DNA from: a virus
Virus record (IMG/VR): IMGVR_UViG_3300044259_000094
Coordinates: 31,734-95,733 of that record
Length of the DNA: 64,000 nt
Direction: 5' to 3' (one strand)
A program made the translations under genes and the position numbers. The notes beneath the pieces were generated by a model. It did no database searches. It was not told where the DNA came from and saw only the letters and a list, made by a program, of their open reading frames with translations. Of the stretch, positions 29,801 to 38,200 are shown piece after piece (position 1 is the stretch's first letter; every line of letters begins with the position of its first letter).

Positions 29801-32800
29801 CTGAGCCGGCGTCACGCCAGTAGGTACCGTTTGGTGGAGCGTTGGTACCGGCAGCGTTTGCTGGAACGTTGATCTTGGCTTGATACAGAGAGCGACCAAC
29901 ACGGATGAACTGATCTTTCGTGTACGCCTTGTTCTTGTCGTACTCGGTTGCATCCAGAATGGTGTTCACCTGGGTTTGCAGACCGGCCGCAGTCGCTTCG
30001 ATAGCGGTCTTGTTGTTCGTTACCTGAGTTTGCAGACCGCTGACGGTGCCTTCGATCGCCGTCTTGTTGTTGTTCACCTGAGTCTGCAACGCGGTTGCGG
30101 TGTTCTTGACGTTGGTGATTTCAGTGTTGACGTTGCCGATCGCCGTGTTGGTCGCAGCCAGGTTATTGTTAACCTGAGTTTGCAGAGCGGTCGCGGTGTT
30201 CTTGATGCCGGTAATCTGACCGTTTACATCAGTCAGAGTAGCGTTCACGCCGGCCATCTGATTAGCTACGTCAGCCTGAATGTTAGCCAGGTCGCCCTGA
30301 ACCAAATCAACTTCGGTGTTCAGGTTGTCGAGAGCGCTGTTGGCGTTAGCCATTGCCTGCTCAAGTTCTTCCTGGCCGATCTTGATGTCGGAGATGTCTT
30401 CGATTGGCTTAGCCAGTTCTTCTTCGAGGTCAGTCTTGGCAATCAGACCGGCAATCGCAGACACGCCGGCCTCGGAGTTGAAGTCCGAAACCATGCCACG
30501 CTTGTTGACGGTACGCACCCAGTACCAGTATTTCATCAGACCCGGGATACCAGTTCGGGTGTAGGTGTTGCTCGGGGTACGGTCGAGGTAGTAGGCGGTA
30601 TCTACGTCATCAACGGTGTTCTCGAAGATTTCCACATAGTCGAAGTCAACGTCACCGCTGTTCACCCAGTTCAGGATGATCTGACGGAAATCGCCCACTG
30701 CGGTCAGGTCAGTAGGAGCCTTCGGTGGGTTCAGAGTGCCAAGGGTCGTGTAAGTCCCTACAAGCTCGCTAGAGAGCTTTCCGGTCACAGAGATACCTAC
30801 GACCTTGAAGTCGTAGATCACGCCACCAGAGACGTTCTCAAGCGTGAAGGCTGGCTTGCTGACCTTCGTGCGCACCCAACCCGATGCACCTGCACCAGAG
30901 TTTGCACGCCAGCTGACGTAGTAGCTTGGCGACTTGCCTTCCCACGATACTTCCAGCTTGGTACCCAGCTGACCAGGAGCTACCAGATAGGTGAACTCCT
31001 CGATCTTGATGAACTCCGGGTTGGAGTTGGTTGGGTCGAGGATGGTGGTCGGCTGAGATTCGAGGTTCAGACCCTGTTCAATCGAGGCGTACTTCGAAGG
31101 GTTGTGGTCGACCACGCTGATCACAAATTGACCAGGGGTATCCGACTGCGACACACCTACGACACGCGCCAATTGAGGAACGAGGTTTGGCTCAGTGATG
31201 ATCCAGGTAGCGTTTGGCTTTGGCTCTACGCTGAGCTGGGTCACGAAGGTCAGAGTATCGGTCTCGCCAATCTGGTTGACGGCCACTTCTTCGAACTTGC
31301 CATCGGGCATCTTGATGGCGATCTTGCTACCGCCCGCAACATTGACAGTCGCATCCAGCGTGCAACCGGTACGGCTCGAAGCTTTCAGACGACCGCCGTT
31401 ACGCTTGCCGGCCTTGTACTGGTCTTGAATCTTGACGATATCGCCAGGCGCGCACTGTACGCCCTCGAAGCCCACTTCGAAGGTCATGACGTTGGTTTCT
31501 ACGGACTCGGTGTACAGAATCCACAGACCAATACGGTGCGCTTGTGCGCGACTGGTGCAACCGAAAGCTACGGTGTCGAGCTTGCGGTAGCCCAGCTTGT
31601 TGATGAGGTCTTTGTCCTCAACGTACTCGATCTTCTGCTTGTACTGGTCGAGAGGGTCGTTCCAGGTTACATGCACGACGCTGTGACGGTCCTTACGAGC
31701 AGAACCGGTACGGTTGAATACGCCATCGATGACGTTGGAGTTGTTGTACAGGAACTGAGCGTCAGCAGGGGAGTCCTGAGTCACCTGTACAGCGCCGTTC
31801 GCCCAGTACGACATACCCCGGAATACAGAACAGATGTCCTGAATAACCTTGTAGGCGTCACGCTGTGCAGCGATCACGGTGTTGATAGTGAAACGAGGCT
31901 CTTGGCCGCCCTTGCCGTCAGTCACCATACCGTCGCAGTAGCGAGCAATGGTGTACAGCTTGGCGGAGTTGACCTGAGAGGCGTTGATGAACTCACCCAG
32001 ACCGTAGCGCTTGTTTAGCAGCAGGTCACGGAGAATCCACGCAGGGTTGTTCGTGTAGCCGATCTTGAACGAGCCATCCCAGATGCCGGTGTAGGTACGG
32101 GTATCCGGGTTGTAGTTCGAAGGGATCTGAACGTACAGACCGTCAACCAGATACGACCGGGACGGGTTGTCATTCAGCTGCTCGGCGTTGATCTTGATCC
32201 CGCACATTACCGAGTTAGGGTAGGTGAGCTGGTGATCCAGAACCTCGTAGTACGAATCGATGTAGGTATCGTTCAGCAGCAGAGAGCTGGTCGAATCAGG
32301 GGTGATTCGAGTGATTCGGATACGGTAGTTCGACCCTGGCTTTGGCAGAGGGATGTTGTGCTGACGCTGGTACTTCGACCGCGACTTGTCGTTGATGATC
32401 ACGGTACCAGAAGTGGTACCCGCTACGTTGATCGGGTTGAAAGGCCCGTTATCAACAGACATGGTGAACTGGTACTGGACCTGAGTGGCACTCACATCAC
32501 CGGTGGTAGCGTTCTGAGACGACAGCGCCGGGATGGTCATGATCACGTTCACGAAGTCGGCGTCATTATCCGATACGGTGAACGTGTATGGAGTAGCCTG
32601 CTTGATCTGCACCCCGATGTTGAACGGAGTGGAGACGTTCGGGAAGCCGGTGATCAGATCCTGGTCCTGTTTACCGTCGCGGAAGTCCCAGGAGAAGCCC
32701 TCGAAGTTCTTGGAGCCGTCAGGGTTCTCCAGCGAAGTTCCGTTCAGGAAGATCGACTGCGCGCCGTTTACCAGACCCTTGATCTGACCTTCACCCAAGA

Positions 32801-32921
32801 GGTCAAGGATGGACAGCAAGGCCCGGGATTGAATCGAATCAGGTGCTACTACTGGCTCTCGCGTAGAGCTGGACGGCTTGCTACCGCCTGCACCCTTAAT
32901 ACGGGAATTGTCTTTCATCAT
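20883..32921 (-). CDS. giant central tail tip / host-specificity protein (lambda J-like) with FN3 domains, coiled-coil spacers and ~10 carbohydrate-binding-like modules
   Basis: J-like N-terminus (IKGAGG, LLGEGQIKG, NNPAWILRD, EPRFTIN, FGCTSRAQAHRIGLW); repeated ALTTRVTAAEG spacers; DUF1983-like YFAGMGIG..FQADR; ITNAKI beta-helix repeats. Confidence 0.9.
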   Translation of the reverse strand: MMKDNSRIKGAGGSKPSSSTREPVVAPDSIQSRALLSILDLLGEGQIKGLVNGAQSIFLNGTSLENPDGSKNFEGFSWDFRDGKQDQDLITGFPNVSTPFNIGVQIKQATPYTFTVSDNDADFVNVIMTIPALSSQNATTGDVSATQVQYQFTMSVDNGPFNPINVAGTTSGTVIINDKSRSKYQRQHNIPLPKPGSNYRIRITRITPDSTSSLLLNDTYIDSYYEVLDHQLTYPNSVMCGIKINAEQLNDNPSRSYLVDGLYVQIPSNYNPDTRTYTGIWDGSFKIGYTNNPAWILRDLLLNKRYGLGEFINASQVNSAKLYTIARYCDGMVTDGKGGQEPRFTINTVIAAQRDAYKVIQDICSVFRGMSYWANGAVQVTQDSPADAQFLYNNSNVIDGVFNRTGSARKDRHSVVHVTWNDPLDQYKQKIEYVEDKDLINKLGYRKLDTVAFGCTSRAQAHRIGLWILYTESVETNVMTFEVGFEGVQCAPGDIVKIQDQYKAGKRNGGRLKASSRTGCTLDATVNVAGGSKIAIKMPDGKFEEVAVNQIGETDTLTFVTQLSVEPKPNATWIITEPNLVPQLARVVGVSQSDTPGQFVISVVDHNPSKYASIEQGLNLESQPTTILDPTNSNPEFIKIEEFTYLVAPGQLGTKLEVSWEGKSPSYYVSWRANSGAGASGWVRTKVSKPAFTLENVSGGVIYDFKVVGISVTGKLSSELVGTYTTLGTLNPPKAPTDLTAVGDFRQIILNWVNSGDVDFDYVEIFENTVDDVDTAYYLDRTPSNTYTRTGIPGLMKYWYWVRTVNKRGMVSDFNSEAGVSAIAGLIAKTDLEEELAKPIEDISDIKIGQEELEQAMANANSALDNLNTEVDLVQGDLANIQADVANQMAGVNATLTDVNGQITGIKNTATALQTQVNNNLAATNTAIGNVNTEITNVKNTATALQTQVNNNKTAIEGTVSGLQTQVTNNKTAIEATAAGLQTQVNTILDATEYDKNKAYTKDQFIRVGRSLYQAKINVPANAAGTNAPPNGTYWRDAGSVVSSADGLAARVTTAETNIGTINGTLTSQASTINGIQTTLNGKADASALTALTTRVTAAEGVNTSQGTAITNLTNSVAGKADASAVNALTTRVTAAEGTITSQGNSLTSVQATLGNIAGNGSNMVPAQYSWLTSATLPTTPLNTGTTVVGVAVAEAISGFGYKFTAGSNSAGLFFMLCPSNNAAGYNIPIEPGIYLVSFYASTTTGASIRANLWNGASRYTTTTALSATRTRYSLPVTVTDSAKIAVTLYPNVGGVTGTEVIIDSVMLEKRIGESNVASPFVAGPTASQIAGLASATSALDARVTAAEGVNTSQATSITNLNTSLASKADASALATKADASALNALTTRVTTAEGNITSQGNSITSLNNSLAGKADVSAVNALTTRVTAAEDTLTSQGNSLTSVQATLGNIGGAGSNMLPAEYNVFAANPPVLSSNAVYSIVGDADAATFNGYALKITALTSANGAMYFVPSGPSSITYAHANMGFKRGKYILSYYARSAVAGHTIAPFLKSISSDGSSVNSTIVTQNQALTTSWTRYSAVIDMTSATHVGDMMLLCLQTNVSAVANRIFWLDKIMIEPMIGENTSPSAFVLGDSFRQTLTNATANTALEARVTAAEGVNTSQSSSITTLTNNLADKADASALTALNNTVTQQGSTLTAQGSQITTIQTGLNALPQENLMYDPDFTDGRNAFPTVSNVTITNVDRTDASAPAAAPSPRLLKFVYAASSTGNIYQRTAWPVLLRDTTGRLAVQEGEVYDVSFTVYREGTSDRQFGIWVQPYSLNGTSINHGWLTPSSTSITGVNGQWVTISGSITIPATAVSLNITLRASIHAEPLTVWVGRPVIQRRSVQARNQADATSALSARVTDAEGTITSQGSAITGLNNSLAGKADASALTALTTRVTAAEGVNTSQGNSITSLNNSVAGKADTTALNALTTRVTTAENSITSQSNSITSLTASMDAIGGTGTNLVPAEYSTFGATKPDIVYATSLSETVVDAQAFNGYALKVTSANTSTSAAIYLSPTPEDYASANIACKPGKYILSYYAKTDTAGHTIAVFARTRNSAGSAASSAGAPQDALTTSWQRYSSVVDLTGSGFADKDKMIVGIQINRSGVAGRVIYLDRFMLEPMVGSNTAPSVFVPGNSLRQAAALGSAVQALDVRLTSAEGVNTSQATSITNLTSSLAGKADASALTALTTRVTAAEGVNTTQANSITSLNTSMANTSQDNLLRNPDFNAAGDLISGTADFPIQYFSKTDAGVPAAAPANRLLCMSKAGNVSGWGGNALYFTNGSNRTAATPGEVLNVECQMYCENATLNAGKIAITYWINGSTSVNGNVRILGYDMAAGGWQKLSVQVTVPAQTTEVSLYLVPDAPAVVGFKMWVANLSLSRQNAAERSLATATQALDTRVTAAEGTLTSQGSSITSLNNTVAGKADTSALNALTTRVTAAEGVNTSQGTSITNLNTSVSAIGGAGTNLVPAEYACFMDATVPPMTYATNVGTVVADPQGLGGFVYKTTSVNTTNSVTIYTVNGTDVYENYRMPFKRGKYIISFYAKAETAGHQVSLFLRAKDAAGGTANPTTVVHTLTTDWARYSVVVDHDTSAYDNKDRMSLGIQFNRSGVSGRVVYWDRFMVEPMIGSNSNPSVFVPGSSYIQTAALGAATQSLDSRVTAAEGTLTSQGSAITNLNNSLTGKADASALTALTTRVTAAEGVNTSQGTSITNLNNSVNAIGGTGSNMMPAEYSAFTSDAPVTSTNSAYSVGVEADVAAFSGYAFKVTTNNTTNSTMYFAPSAGSSIIYAHANMGFKRTKYILSYYAKAAVAGHTIAPFLKTIRSSDNASVNSTISSQNQALTTDWVRYSAVIDMTSASHVGDLMMLCLQTNVSVTSGRTFWLDKIMIEEAIGSNTAPSVFEPGNSFRQSALNASAVTALTTRVTAAEGVNTSQGTAITSLNNSIGNKADVSALNALTTRVTTAEGTISSQGTSLTNVSATLGNIAGNGSNLLASTYSWVTSTSIPATTVSNASRVGVAVAEATSGFGYKATSTTTNSGAYLMLAPSNSAAGWNLPLDPGTYICSFYASSPNGSQVQLSMYDGAQRMTSTFNIGTTRARYSGVITVTAATKVGYTFFFNRNGVVGTEVTIDSVMIERQIAGGTEPSVFAAGPIAAEVAGLATAQTALDARVTAAEGVNTTQATQITNLTTTVNGKADASALTALTTRVTTAENNITSQSGSITNLTSSLGNIATENFIEDPTFATSTGMTNTSSATVVQRADAPVGCPSGRAVKWSVAQSTGNNYSGFIVSPNVRFGGSRLHDMMTTGGEVYDFEVYIYSTVAARVFGIWVQQYDAANASIGHTWATTGGDGVQTSQTANAWVKVTGTWTVAPDCLRVAMNLRVSAGSAGDFYISKPSFTKRSGQLSAQAAAIQTLDTRVTTAEGTLTSQGSAITSLNNTVANKADTSALNALTTRVTTAEGTITSQGNAVTALQSTVGGIGGSGSNLNPSEYSVFGPNKPTIGAISTGLTYDTVVDSAALGGYALKFATSSTSTTVACYLHTSNVVGAVGSFPISYDNSKYILSFYAKASVAGHQIRAFTRYVTSTATVGSTTSALFSLTTGWVRYSMVIDMTNATTFSGTQMAVALQPNVSGVSGRDIFFDRIMIEKQIGTNTTPSTFEAGTSYTQAQAQATALNSLTTRVTTAEGNITSQASSISTLQSSVGTNTASISTTSTALSTLDGKLSASWTAKVQVSSDGTQYFAGMGIGIQNTSQGITQSQIAFQADRIVMINPGNSNAIAPFQVVGGIVRLNVATIAAATITTAHIADAAITYAKIGTAQIADTHIMNGHITNAKIQDLAVDTIKIAGNAVTIPYYAQVNGNGGATAVISYPAAVNLAIIVTANRSSKYIGGQPIYINLYNSAGTLLSRVVGGYTNGFYYQGDYNPSTSCASYSFYVGAGSYYVTVDSDAQSSYGITIIGAMK
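21700..29780 (-). repeat. degenerate intragenic repeat array of coiled-coil linkers alternating with ~180-aa globular modules (approximate bounds)
   Basis: Recurrent KAD(A/T/V)SAL(N/T)ALTTRVT(A/T)AEG...SQ linkers; module starts G(S/T)N(M/L)xP(A/S)EY or (E/D)N(L/F)xxxP(D/T)F. Confidence 0.85.
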
Positions 32922-33493
32922 TACCCCATCAACTGTTCAATGGTGATCAGCGCATTCACAGCTTGGCTACCAGTCAGGCAACGGCCGTAGATAAGAGGTA
33001 CTGGTACACCTTGAGTCGTGGTGTTCACAGCACCGTTGAAGTAGTAGGACGTTCCGTCATCCTCAGTACCCCCGTCATTTGTCTTGGGGAGAGGGGAGAG
33101 AACTTCGATGAGGCCGCCTACGAACATACTTGCGCCGGCAAAGAACGCCGACGGGCCAAGCCAGATTGCGGAGATCATCAGGGCTACACCCACAACCATT
33201 CGGGCTACAGCAGAGGCGCCTTTCGTGATTGGGGTGAAACGGATGATAGCAGGTCGAGAGCGATTGAGGCCGAACGTGGAGTCGTTCAGCGTCATCTTTT
33301 TGCCAAACATATCGGTGACGGTCACGCGATAGCTGGCGTACTGCGAGCTTTTGGTGCGAATCCAGGCGCCGAACCCTGGGCTGTTCGCTTCGATCAGTTG
33401 TAAGGCTTCGGTAGGAGTGGAGACGGCCAAGTCCCACTCCTTACCGAACCGGCGGCCCATCGGACCATCAAGGATTACCCTCGTCAATGCCAT
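32921..33493 (-). CDS. tail assembly protein I-like
   Basis: LDGPMGRRFGKEWDLAV...SYYFNGAVNTTTQGVPVPLIYG. Confidence 0.9.
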   Translation of the reverse strand: MALTRVILDGPMGRRFGKEWDLAVSTPTEALQLIEANSPGFGAWIRTKSSQYASYRVTVTDMFGKKMTLNDSTFGLNRSRPAIIRFTPITKGASAVARMVVGVALMISAIWLGPSAFFAGASMFVGGLIEVLSPLPKTNDGGTEDDGTSYYFNGAVNTTTQGVPVPLIYGRCLTGSQAVNALITIEQLMG

Positions 33494-34253
33494 TTGTTTT
33501 GCCTACCTCTGGATGCCGGTAATGCCGGATCGTGTGCTTGTGCCAATAACCACCGTAGATGGTTCGGCCGGACAGCCTGTTTTCACAGTGATGGAGAATC
33601 ATATCATCTCCAATGTACACGGCGACATGGTTGGCCACAGAACCCTCAGTTTGAATGAGGAATAGGTCACCAATTTGTGGTTGATCACCATCTACGCGGT
33701 CAAGACCGATACTTTCGCAAGCCTCTTCCATGAGTGCTTTCGGCGGGTTCTCTTCCCAGAAGCGAGTAGCGCGGTTCTCGGGCAGCCGGGGTAAGACGAT
33801 CCCGAACTCACGCTTGTAGTAATCCACAACAAGGGAGTAGCAGTCGATCACGCCGTAAGAGTACGGTCGACCGATATAGTCCAGCTCGTACCCGCTTGGC
33901 TCAGTTGTACTGGTGTCGGTAAACATGAACGACCCGTCGTCGCACTGAGACACACCGGTGATGAACCAGGGTACTTCCGAGTTCTCACACTCAACCAGAT
34001 CAATCTCGGACGGCTGACTGTTGATGTTCACATGCGAGTGCCAGATAGCGATGATTTCGCCTACCTCAGATGCCCGCTGATACTCTTCTGGGCTGATTTC
34101 AAACTCGTTGCTAGGGCTAGCTGAGCTGTTCACACACGGAACGAACTGTTGCTTCTTCCCTTTCGCTACAACGAAGCCGCACGCTTCATTTGGGTACTGA
34201 CGCGCAGCTTCGTCTTGGAACGCTTGTACGAGCTTAGAGAGCTTAGGCTTCAT
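33468..34253 (-). CDS. tail assembly protein K-like (JAB/MPN + NlpC/P60)
   Basis: PNEACG, WHSH..PSEID, GVIDCYSLV, NHVAVY; start MKPKL at 34253. Confidence 0.92.
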   Translation of the reverse strand: MKPKLSKLVQAFQDEAARQYPNEACGFVVAKGKKQQFVPCVNSSASPSNEFEISPEEYQRASEVGEIIAIWHSHVNINSQPSEIDLVECENSEVPWFITGVSQCDDGSFMFTDTSTTEPSGYELDYIGRPYSYGVIDCYSLVVDYYKREFGIVLPRLPENRATRFWEENPPKALMEEACESIGLDRVDGDQPQIGDLFLIQTEGSVANHVAVYIGDDMILHHCENRLSGRTIYGGYWHKHTIRHYRHPEVGKTNGIDEGNP

Positions 34254-34941
34254 AGCGAGTTGCTCCTGGGTAGCCACCGAATGGCCACGGGTTTTTACCA
34301 AACCGGCATCTGCAGCCAGACTGCTGCTTCGAGCAGGCGTCATCGGTTGCGATGATGGTCGGGTTGTCAAAGCGGTCGTAGAAAGGACCGGTCCAACCAC
34401 ACTCTGGTCCGCGATACTTCCATGGGCACGCAGACTTGAGCACCTGACGATATGGGAGCTGTACGCCCATCAAGTCGAACACGGATGCCAGTTCGAACTC
34501 CAGCTGGTACCGGTTCTCCGAAGTCTTCTGGTCGATGTACCAGATGTCATCAGCAGCACCCTGGTTAGGGTCGGCATCCGGGTTCACGCCACCTGCGAAG
34601 TTGATGCCGTCCAGGAAGCGAGCGAACGTTCGCTTACGGATCAGCTTGCAACCCAGCAGGTCATCGTTCGCAGCAACCTCAGCAGAGAACAGACCACCGG
34701 TGTTAGCAACCTTGAGCTTAGGCCGTGGGAGCGCGCCAGAGGTGTTCTGATCGAACCCGGTAGCCTCGATAGGCCAAGGAGAGTAAACGTTGCCCTGCCA
34801 TACGACAGGGGCGTTCAGACCGTTTGTTCCTGCGTGGAAGTACAGGATGCCACCACTGGTGGTGTTGCTCATATCCAGTACGAACAACTCCAGCCAGGAA
34901 GAGGGCTCCAGAGATTGAAGCTCCTCGGTGAATTTACTCAT
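34243..34941 (-). CDS. minor tail protein L-like
   Basis: VVWQGNVYSPWPI, RKRTFARFLD, CPWKYRGPEC, C..CRCRF, PFGGYPG. Confidence 0.93.
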   Translation of the reverse strand: MSKFTEELQSLEPSSWLELFVLDMSNTTSGGILYFHAGTNGLNAPVVWQGNVYSPWPIEATGFDQNTSGALPRPKLKVANTGGLFSAEVAANDDLLGCKLIRKRTFARFLDGINFAGGVNPDADPNQGAADDIWYIDQKTSENRYQLEFELASVFDLMGVQLPYRQVLKSACPWKYRGPECGWTGPFYDRFDNPTIIATDDACSKQQSGCRCRFGKNPWPFGGYPGATRYEA

Positions 34942-35279
34942 TGCTCGAATACCTCATCAAAGGTCACTTTGATTGTGAGGAAGCCTTGCTCGGTGGATAC
35001 AGTCCATTTGCGAGCCACATAGCTGCCAGTTTCGTTGAGGGGTGATGTCCAGGTGAAGGACAAGACACCCCGGTGTTGTCGAAGGAACGCTCTGATAGCA
35101 GAGACCTGTCCCTTCAAACGCTGTTCGGTGAACGTCAGAGACCAGCTCTGACGATTCACGTTGATGGTATCTGAGACGCGAGCCTCATAGCCATCGCCGA
35201 ACTTGATTGTTTTTACCGCTGGCTCCTCTGTGTTGGTTGCAGAGAACTCAGGGAGCCAGGTGAAGACTTGCTTAGCCAT
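34938..35279 (-). CDS. minor tail protein M-like (distal tail)
   Basis: KFGDGYE, FLRQHRG..SFTWTSP, TFDEVF. Confidence 0.92.
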   Translation of the reverse strand: MAKQVFTWLPEFSATNTEEPAVKTIKFGDGYEARVSDTINVNRQSWSLTFTEQRLKGQVSAIRAFLRQHRGVLSFTWTSPLNETGSYVARKWTVSTEQGFLTIKVTFDEVFEQ

Positions 35280-35289
35280 TACTCACCCC

Positions 35290-38200
35290 TTATTTCCGTT
35301 TGTCGATGATGCCACCAGGGCGAGTTTCGGTCAGCAAGACTTCTTTCACCAGCGTCTTGATCTTACCGGCCATTTCGTTGAACTGAGCGGAGTCACTATC
35401 GTTGGTGACCTCGGTACCATCCTTGTTCACCACGATGCTGATGTTCACCGGCATGTTGTTCATCTGACCGCCGGCGTTGCCCTTCATCGTGACAGGGATA
35501 GAGCGACCATCTGGCAGCGGTACAAACGCTTCGTTCATATCGCCTTCACCGTAGATAGCCATCTGAGGCCGATCTGCGATGCCACCTTTGGCGTACTTAC
35601 GGAGAGCCATCTCACCGAACTCAGTCATGATGCCGCCGTTGGCGAACTTGAGGTATTGGCTACCATAACCAGCAGCTGTCGCACCCAGAGAGGACGACTT
35701 CTCAGCGATGGAACCAAGTTGGAACCCATTCGCCCCGGTACCATTGAACGCGCCGGCGATGCTCGAACCTACAGACATCAGACCGCTCAACCAGCCACCG
35801 CCACTCGAACCGCCAGTCATAGCGTCAGCTGCGAATGCCATGGTACGTGCAACCTGAATCCGCAGGAACTCTTTCAGGACGTACACCACAAAGTCCTGGA
35901 AGTTCATCTTCGCTCCAGACAGACCATCGACAAGAGTGTCGGTGAACTTGTCCATCGCGGAGCCCCACAGGCTCTTGTACTGATCAGTCGCATCCTTGTT
36001 CAGACGAATCCATTGAGCCAGACCGGATTCTTGCTCGCGGGCATACTGCGCATCGAGAGCCTTCCGGTATTCGTCGTACTGAGCGTAAGCCTCAGAATCC
36101 TTGTCCAGCTGCTCTTTGTGGTTGGCGTAGAACTCGTCGGCCCATGCGGTCTGACGGTCATACTCCATCTTCGCCTTTTCGCTGTTGGACGCCAGAGCAT
36201 TACGAATAGCCTGCGAAGCAGTCTCCATCGCTTTGCCGGTGTCTACAACCTTCAAGCGCTCAAGGCTTGCTCGGGTGTCATCGACAGCTTTCTCAGCTTC
36301 GCGTGCAGCCTGCTGGAGCTTCTCCATCTGACCTGGTGCAATGTTGCCAGCCTTACCACTTGCAGCCAGCTGAGCCTCGTTCATCTTGACGATCAGGTCG
36401 TTCAGCTCCTCCTCGTAGCGCTTGGCGTCAGCAGAAGCATTCTCCCAAGGGTTGGTGTTCTCAACCTTGGCCAGCTTGTTGTTGACGGTACGCTCGATCT
36501 GCTCGATTCGCTCCATCGAATCTTTGTAGGTGTTGCCGGCCGCAGTCAGAGCCTTCTGAGCCTTCTCTTGCTCCCAACGCAGTTCAGCAAGCTTCTTGCC
36601 TTCGGCATACACGGTGTCGAAGTTAGGCAGCTTCTTACCGCCCAGCGATTCAACGGTTGCATCTAGCTGAGCCAGGTACGGGTTAGTTTCTTCCAGCTTG
36701 GCGCCCAGACCAGCTACGGACTTGCGCAGACCATCAACGTACATGGTCATTGCGTCGAACATAGGCTTCTGAGGCTTACCGTCCCCACCCGGGTCGACCA
36801 GGGTATTCGGCAGCTTCACTTTGCCCAGTTCAAGCAGAGAGTCTTTGGCTTCGCTGATCTTCAACCGATACTCGTCCATTGCTTTCTCGTTCGCTTTCAC
36901 AGCGGAGAGATTGCCGATGTCGGTGTCTTCGGTAGAGCCGGCCTTACCGTTGTTGGGTTGAAGCTCCTTTTGCTTCTCTTGGAGCTTGGTCAGAGCGCCT
37001 TCGTACAGGTCGATTTCAGCCTGAACGCGGTTCTTCTGCTCAGCCACAAAAGCTTCGGCCAGCTTGTCTTCGTCAAGCTTCTTACCGGAAGTCTTCGCTT
37101 CGTCTTCCATCTTCTTACGAATGGCTTCCTTGTCGATCACATACTTCCGGGAGATTTCAGCCAGTCGTTTAGAGTTGGACTGAATCTCGTTCTGAGCCAG
37201 GATGTTAGCTTGGTTGTCAGAAACGTTCTGACGAGCCTTGAGCATGTCACCGCTAACCTTGGTGATTTCATCCTCAGCTTTTTTCTTGGCTGCAAGGTAG
37301 GCTTCCATCGTCCCGTAGGTGTACAGGATCATAGCCTTGTTGTTGTTGACGAAGTTTTCCTTGTAGTCGTTCTCCAGGCGCTCCTTCACGGTACCAAGAG
37401 TTTGCAGCTGAGCCATGGTGGTCAACGCACCCTGCATACTCAGGACGGCCTTCTCGGCGTCGTTGATGCCCTTCTTGTACTCGTACCAGGCAATACCGCC
37501 ACTGATCGCGAGAGCGGTGACCATACCGATTGGACCGGCGAGCACACCCAGCGCACCACCCAGCAAACGCACAGCGGTACCGGCCGCAGTAGAGCCGGTA
37601 GCAATCTTGACTGCGCCGCCGGCAGCAACAGCAGCTGCACTGTTCCAGCCAGTCATAGCGGCAGCCATCGTCCCGAAGGTGCCGATAGCGCTCTGACCCT
37701 GCATACGCATCTGGATCAGCTTCATCGCAAGGCCCTGCGAGGCCGCACCAGCTGCGCTCAGCACGCCACCAATGATCGACGCGCCCTTATAGGCGGCCCA
37801 GAGGTACAGCAGAGCTTTACCCCACTCGTAGATGGCTTCACGGTGTTCGATGATCCATTTGGTACCGGTAGCTACAGTCGTGACCATTTCGGCGATGGAC
37901 TTACCAAGCTCCTTGGCGCTCTCCATCATCTCCGGGCTTGCGAGAACCTTGTTCAGCTCTTTCAGCTCGTTGGTTACGGTCTTGAGGTAGCCGTCTTCCG
38001 AGTAGCCAGTCTCTTCGAGGCCACCAAAGGCCACAGCGAGCCGTTTAGCGCCCGTTTCGAACTGAGCTACCGCACCACCCCAGGTATCCATCATCGCGCC
38101 AGCAGAGCCTGCGAACGAGCGCTCCAACTCTTGCATCATGGCGATGATTGCAGGTTTGGACAGCACCTTACCCTGGCTGATTTCTTTAACCAGTTTCTGG

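Noticed and set aside
22749-29804. 2351-aa plus-strand ORF and other long antisense ORFs (240-1517, 5352-6677, 6727-8829, 29880-32018, 42300-44045, 45787-47367; minus 53922-55601)
   Set aside because: They mirror recognisable genes on the opposite strand and have no motifs; expected from codon bias that avoids TTA/CTA/TCA
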